Below, in pieces: positions 51,584 through 60,202 of a stretch of DNA of 64,000 nucleotides. The stretch is from the NCBI GenBank assembly GCA_965223945.1, contig CBDCXW010000007.1, forward strand, positions 1,502 through 65,501, in the 5' to 3' direction. The DNA is from Dehalococcoidia bacterium. GTDB taxonomy: Bacteria; Chloroflexota; Dehalococcoidia; Lucifugimonadales; CATQGZ01. The position numbers were made by a program, and so were the translations under genes. Every line of letters starts with the position of its first letter. Position 1 is the first letter of the stretch. The notes beneath the pieces were generated by a model that was given only the letters and a program-made list of their open reading frames with translations, was not told where the DNA came from and made no database searches.

Positions 51584-51784
51584 TCAAACCGTCTCGAATT
51601 GCAGGACGGAGAGGTTCAGATTGGATGAGCGCTCCGAGAGGCGGAGCATCTCCACGCCCACCGCTTCGTTCGACTCGTTGTAATCGAGCACCACTCCGGG
51701 CGAGACCTCCTCGGACTCGACTATGTTGGAGTCGTCTAGCCGCAGGTAGAGGGCGTCCGCTTCCTAATCGACGGTCAGTTTCAC
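51584..51784 (-). pseudogene. DUF2283-family small protein with an in-frame TAG at codon 7
   Basis: MKLTVD*EADALYLRLDDSNIVESEEVSPGVVLDYNESNEAVGVEML; TAG at 51764-51766. Confidence 0.75.
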
Positions 51785-51788
51785 ACCC

Positions 51789-52994
51789 CTACTCGCCGAC
51801 CGACGCCTCCAGCACCCGCAGCACGTTCAGTCCCAGTACCTTTCGGATGTCCTCCTCGGAGTAACCGCGGTTCATCATCTCCTCGGTGATGCGGGGGACC
51901 CTGGAGCAGTCCTCCATCCCGGTGGGCGTCCTCGATCCGTCGAAGTCGGAGCCGAGGCCGACGTGGTCGATGCCTGCGATGTTGACCATGTGGTCTATGT
52001 GATCGACGATCTCGGTGTACTGAGGCTTCCTCAGCTCGGGGGCCGAGCGCTTCCCGTGCTCCTCTTGCACGGCGTCCCGCGCCTCCTTCAGCCCTGCGGG
52101 GTCGCCTGTGTACTCCTTCTCGATCTCCTCGATCCTCCGGTCGCGCCACCTGTCGATCTCGCGCGTCGCCAGGTTGCAGGAGTCCGATATGAAGGTGACC
52201 TCGTAGTTCACGCAGACGACGCCGTGGTTCTCCCCGACGGCCCTGAGCTGGTCGTCGTCGATGTTTCGAGGGTTCTTGCAGATGGTCCACGACGATGAGT
52301 GAGAGGCTATTACTGGCTTGGTCGTGGTCTCTATCGCGTCCCAGAAGGTCTTCCTGGCCACGTGGGAGATATCCACGATCACTCCGAGCCGGTTCATCTC
52401 CAGCACCACCTCGCGCCCGAAGTCGGTCAGGCCGTTGTGCCAGGGCTCGTTCAGGACCCAGCCCTTGCGGGCCATCGCATCCCGCACCTTGTACCAGTCG
52501 GTGGGAGCTTCGCGGCCCGCCTCCTCCTGGATGCCGTCAGCCCAGTTATTGCTGTTGTTATGGGTCAGGGTCATGTAGCGGGCGCCGCGCTCGTGAAACA
52601 TACGGAGGACGTCGAGGCTGTCCACCATCGCGTGTCCGCCCTCGACGCACAGGACGCCGGCGATCTTGCCGCTCTCGGTTATGCGCCGCACGTCCGCGGC
52701 ACTCCTCGCCTGCTCGATCTCGCCAGGGTACGCGGCGCAGAGCGCGTCGAACGCGTCGAAGTAGGAGGTCGTCCGCTTGGCTGCGTCCTCCGGAGTGAAC
52801 CTGTTCGGGTCCACGAAGGACGCGAAGAACTGGGCTTTCTGGTTGCCCGTCCGCATCCGTGGAAGGTCCATGTGGCCCTTTCCGGTTTCGGCGCCCAGGT
52901 CTTCGCCGTCGTCCACGGTCCTGGCAAGACTGTCCGAGTGAGTGTCGAAGACTAGCGATGAGAAGTGGAGTTTGGATGCCCGCTCGCCGATCAT
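51789..52994 (-). CDS. Membrane dipeptidase (peptidase M19)
   Basis: DTHSD, VEGG, YMTLTHN, VDISH, ASHS, HVGLGSDFDG. Confidence 0.92.
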   Translation of the reverse strand: MIGERASKLHFSSLVFDTHSDSLARTVDDGEDLGAETGKGHMDLPRMRTGNQKAQFFASFVDPNRFTPEDAAKRTTSYFDAFDALCAAYPGEIEQARSAADVRRITESGKIAGVLCVEGGHAMVDSLDVLRMFHERGARYMTLTHNNSNNWADGIQEEAGREAPTDWYKVRDAMARKGWVLNEPWHNGLTDFGREVVLEMNRLGVIVDISHVARKTFWDAIETTTKPVIASHSSSWTICKNPRNIDDDQLRAVGENHGVVCVNYEVTFISDSCNLATREIDRWRDRRIEEIEKEYTGDPAGLKEARDAVQEEHGKRSAPELRKPQYTEIVDHIDHMVNIAGIDHVGLGSDFDGSRTPTGMEDCSRVPRITEEMMNRGYSEEDIRKVLGLNVLRVLEASVGE

Positions 52995-53166
52995 GTTTCC
53001 CTCCCTTTGTCGTCTGATGAATGCCCGGTCGATTCTATCAGCACAGGGCCGCGCCTGGGTATCCGGCGGGCGTCGTCACCCTCACCCCAGCCCTCTCCCG
53101 TCGAGGGACCTTTGCGTAGCCTACCGGACGAGGCGACGTCGGGAGTTGCAAACGACACCACCCTAG

Positions 53167-54363
53167 GGATGCTCTGAATAAGTCCCGGTGGTTTGCGGGA
53201 TAGTAACATAGGGCCAAGGCCTGAAGACGTGGGAGGCGAGGCAATGAACCAGCCGACGTTTGCGGACTTGGACTACGAGAGCAAGAAGCGAAAGACTCGC
53301 AGGGAGAAGTTCCTTGAGCGCATGGATGGACTGATCCCGTGGGAAGAGTTGGAAGAGCGCATCCGACCGTTCTATCCCAATGCTGGCCGAGGTCGGCGTC
53401 CCTACGAGTTGTCGGCGATGCTTCGCATACACTGCGTGCAGTTGTTCTACAACCTGAGCGACCCTGGGATGGAGGACATGCTCTACGAGGTCGAATCGGT
53501 GAGGCGGTTCGTAGGGCTGAGACTGCCTGGGCCGCTGCCGGACGAGACGACGATTCTGAACTTCCGCCACCTGCTGGAAGAGCATGCGTTAGGCTCGGGT
53601 CTGTTCGAGGAGATCAACCGCTATCTGGAGTCCAAGGGTCTCCGTCTTCAGGAGGGGACGATAGTGGACGCGAGCATCATAGCGGCGCCCTCATCGACGA
53701 AGAATCGGGCTAAAGAGCGCGACCCCGAGATGCACCAGACGAAGAAGGGTAACGAGTGGCACTTCGGGATGAAGGTGCACATCGGTGTGGACTCGCAGAC
53801 GGGAGTGGTGCACAGCATGACCACGACATCTGCGAACGTGCATGACCTGACTGAGTTGCCCCGGTTGCTGCACGGTGGGGAGTCTCAGGTGTGGGGAGAT
53901 GCTGGGTATCAGGGAGTTGACAAGAGGCCGGGCAACCGGGGCTTGGATGTGGAGTGGCAGGTCGCGATGAGGCCCGGCCAGCGTCGGAAGCTGGAGCCTG
54001 AGAGTCCTGAGGCGGTGTCGGAGAAGCGCAAAGCGTCGGTCAGAGCTAAGGTGGAGCATCCGTTCCTGTACATCAAGCGGCACTTCGGCTACGCCAAGGT
54101 CCGCTACAGGGGACTGTCCAAGAACACGCAGCGGCTGATGACGCTGCTGGGGTTTGCCAACTTGATGAGGGCCGAACAGTACCTGGCGGCGTGAAACCTT
54201 GTATAAGTGCGCCCAAAATCAGGCCTAACGGCGGCGAAACGCCCTGTCAGGGCCGGTTGTAGGCCGAGATTAACCCCCACCACGGCGCCATAAGGCAATT
54301 CAACGCCCCCAAAACCACTCCGGTCAACTCGGCCCAGCCTGAAGCCGATTGTTCAGAGCATCC
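53167..54363 (+). mobile_element. IS5-family insertion sequence, 1197 bp, copy 2
   Basis: Same IRs and CTAG duplication; transposase differs from copy 1 at one residue (RRGK vs RREK). Confidence 0.95.
53244..54194 (+). CDS. IS5-family DDE transposase
   Basis: Same motifs as copy 1. Confidence 0.95.
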   Translation: MNQPTFADLDYESKKRKTRREKFLERMDGLIPWEELEERIRPFYPNAGRGRRPYELSAMLRIHCVQLFYNLSDPGMEDMLYEVESVRRFVGLRLPGPLPDETTILNFRHLLEEHALGSGLFEEINRYLESKGLRLQEGTIVDASIIAAPSSTKNRAKERDPEMHQTKKGNEWHFGMKVHIGVDSQTGVVHSMTTTSANVHDLTELPRLLHGGESQVWGDAGYQGVDKRPGNRGLDVEWQVAMRPGQRRKLEPESPEAVSEKRKASVRAKVEHPFLYIKRHFGYAKVRYRGLSKNTQRLMTLLGFANLMRAEQYLAA

Positions 54364-54552
54364 CTAGCTAAGCCCCCACCCCTCTGGATACCGGCCTTCG
54401 CCGGTATGACGGTTGTGCAAAGGTCTCCTTTCGCCGGTATGACGGTTGTGTGGTGAAGGGCGCTCTCACCCTCACCCCAGCCCTCTCCCGTCGAGGGAGA
54501 GGGGGCGGGCACCCCTCGCCCCGGTCCTCTTCCCGTCAGGAGAGAGGGGGCT

Positions 54553-55788
54553 CTAACCGTCAGGGAGGCCAAAGTGGACGAGCACCCTGGGCTTGGGCGG
54601 CGGAGGGTCTGGGCCGTTGTCGAGGTGGTCGGGGGGTTGGTCGGCGGCGGCGATGAGGGCGAGCCTCAGCTTCTCCTTGTGGTCCATGGCCCCCATGTAG
54701 CCCACCCTGGCCGTGGCCTTGTCGCTGTATATGTAGACGAGGGCGTTGTAGCCGTAGGTGTGCCGGCCGAAGGAGTCGTCGTCTGGGGGATCGGGGACCC
54801 GACAGCTCGGGCAGGGATCGTAGGGCTGGCAGGTATCGTGGTCGGAGTGGACGGCGGCCCTCTGAGCCTCAATCTGGTCGACTTTGTAGTCCAAGACGGC
54901 CTGGTTGGCGGCGCTCTTGGTCTCGTCGTCTCCGAATATGTGTACGAGGGCTTTGTCGCCGTAGCGGTCGCGTCGGTAGTCCTCTTCGCCGTAGCTGTCG
55001 AAGTCGTAGGTGTGGTCTTCGGGATACTCGAAGTACTTCCACTCCGGCTTCCGCGGCGTCTTCCAGGGCGTGGCCGCGGACACCGTGTCGTGGTCGGAAG
55101 CGGGCTGGCGCGCGGCCGGCTGCGGCGCGGGCACGCAGGGTGTCTGGTCGGAGGAAAGGCTCACGAGCCTATCGGCGGCGTCCATCCTCTGGTGGGTCTT
55201 GAAGCCGGTGAGGACGCCGCGCATGACGTCGGCGTAGAAGCGGACGATGTCCCTGCCGTCGTTGGTCTCCTGCCGGACGATCTCATCGAGGGAGGTTCCC
55301 ACGTCGGCGGCGCCCACGGCGCCGGTGTGTAGGGGAGCGAGGGTGAGCAGGGGAGCGAGGGATGGGTTCCCGCCTTCGCGGGAACGACGGTCCGGGCCGC
55401 GGGAACGACGGGGGGTGCTGTCTTTGGCGAGGGCTCGCGCCATCTTGGGGTCGAGCCTGGCGAGTTGCTTTCCGGTTTCGTTCCTGTGGTGATGGTTGGC
55501 TCCTTCGATCTCCCCCATCATGACGGAGAAGAGGAAGCTGATGACGCGGTCTCCGTCGTCGGTCTCGTCGCGGACGACGTCGGCGAAGGAGCTGTCCTGT
55601 TGGAGGATGATGAGCTGCTTCGCGGCGTCGACGCGGTGGTGGACCCTGGCACCTTCGAAGTCTCCCTCCATGGTGGAGAGGAAGAACCGGACGATGAGCC
55701 TTCCGCCCTGGGTCTTCTCGCGGACGATGTCAGCGAGGGAGGGAGCAGGGGCGTGGGGTAGTGGTGCTGTCTGGGCTTCAGGGAACAT
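54553..55788 (-). CDS. Hypothetical protein with three copies of a small-terminase-like helical module
   Basis: SLADIVREKTQGGRLIVRFFLSTMEG..HHRVDAAKQL / SFADVVRDETDDGDRVISFLFSVMMG..HHRNETGKQL / SLDEIVRQETNDGRDIVRFYADVMRG..HQRMDAADRL; ATG 7 nt after TATAAT. Confidence 0.7.
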   Translation of the reverse strand: MFPEAQTAPLPHAPAPSLADIVREKTQGGRLIVRFFLSTMEGDFEGARVHHRVDAAKQLIILQQDSSFADVVRDETDDGDRVISFLFSVMMGEIEGANHHHRNETGKQLARLDPKMARALAKDSTPRRSRGPDRRSREGGNPSLAPLLTLAPLHTGAVGAADVGTSLDEIVRQETNDGRDIVRFYADVMRGVLTGFKTHQRMDAADRLVSLSSDQTPCVPAPQPAARQPASDHDTVSAATPWKTPRKPEWKYFEYPEDHTYDFDSYGEEDYRRDRYGDKALVHIFGDDETKSAANQAVLDYKVDQIEAQRAAVHSDHDTCQPYDPCPSCRVPDPPDDDSFGRHTYGYNALVYIYSDKATARVGYMGAMDHKEKLRLALIAAADQPPDHLDNGPDPPPPKPRVLVHFGLPDG

Positions 55789-55814
55789 AAGTTCCATTAT
55801 AGCGGATCTGTCAA
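55782..55814 (-). promoter_or_regulatory. Promoter (-10 TATAAT) with a perfect LexA-type box over the start codon
   Basis: Minus strand TTGACAGATCCGC-TATAAT-GGAACTTATGTTCC; TTGACA is only 7 nt from the -10. Confidence 0.7.
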
Positions 55815-56030
55815 GGGGGGGCGATGTCTGAACTGTGATTCGTGTGATGGACGTGATGGGGATGATGGGGGACATCCTCACCCCTGTGGATACCCGGCAA
55901 GGGGTAGGCGGGTTTAAAACGCCCCTACGACGTGATGTCTGATAGCCACTTTCGTACCAACGACGGGGGTGGGAATCCGGGGGTAACAGTTCAGTGTTGG
56001 TGAGAAATGCAGGAATCGACCTGTCCTGTT

Positions 56031-56062
56031 GTCTTTCTGAGGAGCCCGGCGACGAAGAATCT
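56031..56062. repeat. GTC(A/T)TTC..GAATCT-type REP
   Basis: GTCTTTCTGAGGAGCCCGGCGACGAAGAATCT; related inverted copy at ~58443-58480. Confidence 0.55.
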
Positions 56063-56211
56063 AAGACCTCATCGGCCTGTTCAACCTCGCCGCCGAGATG
56101 GAACTGCTTCACATCCTACTGCCTGCTGTCGGGGAACTGGGGGCCGTTGAGCGACAGATCGTTTGACGGTAGTAAACTTAGACAGCATCGCAAGTGGAAC
56201 GCTTCCCCGGG

Positions 56212-58193
56212 TCACTGATCGCAGAACCCCAGCCCTGTAAGCCGCTTCAATCTTTCACGCAATGCCGTCGGGACACATCCTGTCAAACCCTCGTTCCCCA
56301 CCAGAAGCAACTCCTTCAACTCTTCAAGAGCCTGCAACTCCGATGGCAACTCGCCACGCAAGCCGTTTGAGGTCAGCATCAAGTGAGTCACTCGGCCACT
56401 TTCGTGGTTCACGACCACTCCCTGCCATCTCCGCATGCTGACATCGCTAATCCAATTCTGACTACGCCTCCATTCAGTCCCACCTGTCGCATCGAACAGT
56501 GCAGCCAATGCGGCGCGGTCTTCCGAAGACTCATTCGCAGGCATTGGATAGCCACAATTCTTGTCAAAGTCCCGATTCTCAACTACCTCCAAAGCCGCAA
56601 AAAAGATGCACATGGGGTAATGCGGTTGCGCAGAGGAAAGTTCCCATCGTGATAGAACCATTCTCCGTCTAATGCTACGGCACCCGTTCTATACCCTTCT
56701 TTCGGGCTAAGGAACTGCTCAGCTTTAAGGCCTAAGGCACGAAGAGCTGAGACTGTGGTGCCCGTAGAAGACGGGCTGCCAGCCTCCCGTACTATAAGAA
56801 GGTACCCGGGCTCAGGGGTATAGGGTGTCTGGGAGTAAGGGCGGTAGAGATTCGCAAAATCTTCCACACCCCCGATGAAGTGGCTCATAATGGCGTTGAA
56901 GTTGTCGAACCACCGCTCGGCGGCCTCCCTCTCGCTTCCCGCGTCTCCAACAATCTCGTAAACCTGGGTCGGAAAGCTCTCAACAGTCCCATCAGGCGAC
57001 TTAATTTGAGACATGAAGAAAAGATTTCGCCGGCCAAATTCAGTAACGGTAAAACTGCCAAGCTTTCGCAGTGCTTCAAGGTCACGCTTGTACAGCATTT
57101 CAAAATCGTCAGCATCATTTTCCATAAAACTTCTTATAAGTATTCCCTCGCCATCTGCCTTTGCAAGATAAGCAAAAGTCTCCAGCATCCCCCTGTGAAC
57201 GTGACGTTGGTCGGCTACGATGGGTTCGTAATTATCGACAACTTTATCCACAGTATCATAAGCCTTCCCATAACAGGACACGCATACACCCTTATAAATC
57301 CCTAAATCGTCTAGGATTCTATCCAGGCTGTCAACTTCCCAGTTGATTACATGCTTTCCGTCGGCTTTTTTCTCAATGTCAATTGCGTTCATCAGAAGCG
57401 GGATGGCCTGGACGGATGCCAGCTTGACGTCTGAAGGCCAGTTGTTTGGGCTGTATTTGCTTGCCAGAAAACTTTCATTACTGAAAAGCCTGCTGTCAGC
57501 CCAGTCCAGAACGTTCTGCTCGTCCGGGCTCAGGCCGTCGCCGATGAAATCGAGGCCCGCCGGATAGCTGGAGACGGCCTCGACCAGCAGCGGGGAATAG
57601 CCTGCCAGAGCGGGGTCGACCGACGGCGTGGGCACGGGAGTGTTCGTGGGAGTGGGGGTAGGCGTCGGCGTGGACGTGGGGAGTGGAGTGGCGGTGGGTA
57701 CCGGAGTCTCCGTTGCCGTGGGAACGGGGGTGTTCGTGGCGGTTGCCGTGTGGGTGGCTGTGGGGACCGCGGTGCCGGTCGCCCTCGGGACGGGCGTCGA
57801 AGCGGTCGTGGGAGCCTTCGTTGCCGTGGAAACGGGACTGGGTGTCTCCGTGGCCGTGGGGGACGACGTTGGAGTGTCCGTGGGGACCGGCGCTAGCGTG
57901 GGCGTGCGAGTCGAGGTGGGCGTGGGAGTCGGAGCCTGCGCTGGGGTGGGCGGCTGCGTGGAAGTTGGAGTCGGTGAGTGAGCCGGTGCGACCTCCACTG
58001 CGACTGCCATTACAGGCGTAACCGTGGGAGCGGAAGCCGGGGCTTTCAGGGCTGCGCTTGCCGGAGCGGTCGGCGCGGAGAGAGGCGTGTCGGTGGGCGC
58101 AGGGGCTGGCGCACCAGTCTGGTCGTCCCCGCAGGCGACGACGGCCAGCATGATGATCGCTGTCAATGCAAGGGCGAGAGGCCTCACGTACAC
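56212..58193 (-). pseudogene. Lipoprotein with Pro/Thr-rich stalk, low-GC middle domain and C-terminal LRR cap; frameshift near 56600-56620
   Basis: Lipobox VVACG; (PT)n linker; downstream frame has DRAALAALFDATGG..W..W.GV..RVTHL.L..NGLRGELPSEL; GTG start with GGAGG RBS. Confidence 0.7.
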
Positions 58194-58541
58194 GCCTCCA
58201 TTCTCACGAGGCTCTGGTTGGGCTCCTTTACCGGGATTCCCCATATTGGCAGTCTTCAGGCTCAGAGGCCAGCCTAAATGAGATGGTAGTATCATAGTCA
58301 GGTCCTGCAAGGCCAGTCAGTCTCCAGTCTATACAATAAGGGATGCGTTTCTTGTCGTGAACCATGCTTCTTGTCCATCTTTGTCGTCTTCGGGCCCCGC
58401 CAATGGGGTGAAAGCGCATTGAAGACAAGCTGACTCCCCCCTAGATTCCTCCCTCCGCTGGCGCTGCGTTCGGAATGACAATTCGGGGGTCCTCACGATT
58501 CGAACCATGGAGACTGAACAGTACGGGGAGTGGGTTCCGGC

Positions 58542-58570
58542 TTGACAGGACGTACATGCGTTCTTATAAT
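58542..58570 (+). promoter_or_regulatory. Consensus sigma70 promoter with LexA-like box, upstream of the terminase
   Basis: TTGACA-ggac-GTAC-atgc-GTTC-t-TATAAT, exact consensus hexamers, 17-nt spacer. Confidence 0.75.
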
Positions 58571-58641
58571 GGATGCGAGAGGGACGGACCCCGAGGGGCT
58601 GCAGCATGCCCCGAAACCGAAGTTGGGATGCATCTCAACAC

Positions 58642-59964
58642 ATGTCCGACCACCTTTCGACCCGCCGGCCCGAGGGGCCCACGGACCCCGTCAGCTTCGT
58701 GGAGGAGACCCTCGGAGAGGAACCCCACCGCAAGCAGACCGACATCCTGAGCGCAGTCGCCCGGTCCCGCCGGGTCTCCGTCGTCGGATGCCACGGCTCG
58801 GGCAAGGACTGGGCCGCCGCAAGAGCCGTCCTCTGGTGGCTCCACTCACACTCCCCCGCCAAGGCCATAGTCACCGGCCCGACCACGCGCCAAGTCGACG
58901 ACATCTTGTGGAGGGAGATCAGGACTGCCCACGGCCACGCCGCACACCGCCTGCGGGGCCGCGTCTTCCGGACCTCCCGGTACGAGATCGACGACCAGAC
59001 CTTCGCCATCGGATTCTCCACCAGCTCCCCGTACAACCTACAGGGCTTCCACTCCCCCAACCTGATGGTCGTCGTCACCGAGGCCCACGCCGTCCCTGGG
59101 ACCGACATCGACGCCCTCAGGCGCCTCAACCCCGCCCTGACCCTCATGACCGGCAACCCCCTCGTGTCGGCCGGACCCTTCTACGACTCCCACCACTCGA
59201 AGCGGGCGATGTACGACACCGTGCGGATCGGCGCGGGCGACATCCCCAACCTCACCCGCCTCGCCGTGCCCGGCATGGTCGCCGCGGAGCACGTCGCCGA
59301 CCGCAAAACCGAATGGGGCCGGAGCGACGCCATGTACGTCGGCGGCGTGCTCGGCAGGTTCCCGGACAACCTCAACGACGCCGTCGTACGCCTCCGCGAC
59401 GCGACCGGCGCAGCCGAGAGGAGCCTCCAGCCAGAGGGAGAGGTCGTCGTCGCGTGCGACGTATCCCGCTTCGGACAGGCGAAGACCGTCGTCGTCAGGC
59501 GGCAGGGCCCGGTCGCCAGGATCGTCTGGAGAGTGCGAGGCCGCGACACCATGAGCATCGCCGAGTTCCTCGAGTCTTACTGCGACAGGGAGAGGGTCGA
59601 CAGCCTCGTAGTCGACGACTCCGGCGTGGGCGGAGGGGTCGTCGACAGGCTCAAGCAGCTCCGACTCCCCCACACCAGGCTCGTGCCCTTCGTCGGCGGC
59701 AAGAAGGCCAGGAATCCCGACCGCTTCGCAAACCTGATCACCGAGGCCTGGTTCGCCATGGGGAGGAGGTACGAGGAGGGAACGCTCGACACCGACGACG
59801 ACCCCGCCCTCATCGCCCAGGTATCCACCCGGAGGTGCCACCATCCGCGCGGCGGGGCTATGGCTCTCGAGAGCAAGGACGGCAAGCGCGATTCGCCCGA
59901 CGAGGCCGACGCCCTCGCCATGACCTTCGCGGTGTCCAGAGGAGGCTTCAAGATATGGATCTGA
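58642..59964 (+). CDS. Phage terminase large subunit-like protein (orphan)
   Basis: Walker A VVGCHGSGKD, variant Walker B VVVTEAH, motif III TGNP, RNase-H-like ACDVSRFG / VVDDSGVGGG / SPDEADAL; start approximate. Confidence 0.85.
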   Translation: MSDHLSTRRPEGPTDPVSFVEETLGEEPHRKQTDILSAVARSRRVSVVGCHGSGKDWAAARAVLWWLHSHSPAKAIVTGPTTRQVDDILWREIRTAHGHAAHRLRGRVFRTSRYEIDDQTFAIGFSTSSPYNLQGFHSPNLMVVVTEAHAVPGTDIDALRRLNPALTLMTGNPLVSAGPFYDSHHSKRAMYDTVRIGAGDIPNLTRLAVPGMVAAEHVADRKTEWGRSDAMYVGGVLGRFPDNLNDAVVRLRDATGAAERSLQPEGEVVVACDVSRFGQAKTVVVRRQGPVARIVWRVRGRDTMSIAEFLESYCDRERVDSLVVDDSGVGGGVVDRLKQLRLPHTRLVPFVGGKKARNPDRFANLITEAWFAMGRRYEEGTLDTDDDPALIAQVSTRRCHHPRGGAMALESKDGKRDSPDEADALAMTFAVSRGGFKIWI

Positions 59965-59987
59965 GGCGGCGCCCCCGGCGCCGGTGG

Positions 59988-60099
59988 GTAGGGGCGCTCG
60001 TGCGCGCGGGCACTGGGGAGGACGGGTTTGAAACCCGCCTCTACGGCACGTCAGGGAAATGGCGCAGGGGATGGGTTCCCGCCTGCGCGGGAACGACGG
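59988..60099. repeat. REP cluster (GTAG-type and GGGTTCCCGCCTGCGCGGGAACGAC)
   Basis: Palindromes related to those at 8366 and 55361. Confidence 0.65.
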
Positions 60100-60202
60100 A
60101 GGTGCGCCGTGGGCGTTCGTTGACCGGTTCAGGGGCGTACCCTACAATCTTGAAGACCCCCGAACACCCAATCCACGGCGTTCCTGCCTGATGTGAGGCC
60201 TC

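Larger units (their letters stand above)
53105..54427. mobile_element. 122-bp MITE-like unit (inverted copy of 41266-41387) interrupted by IS5 copy 2
   Basis: Removing the IS and one CTAG leaves 122 bp that closely match the reverse complement of 41266-41387. Confidence 0.75.

Noticed and set aside
51764..51766. Amber read-through (pyrrolysine) in the DUF2283 gene
   Set aside because: No pyl machinery seen and TAG is a normal stop throughout the window; a nonsense mutation is simpler
54553..59964. Intact prophage
   Set aside because: No portal, capsid, tail, lysis, replication or integrase genes around the terminase; housekeeping genes flank it
58530..60191. 553-aa alternative-frame ORF
   Set aside because: Overlaps the terminase in another frame; Arg/Pro-rich with no motifs
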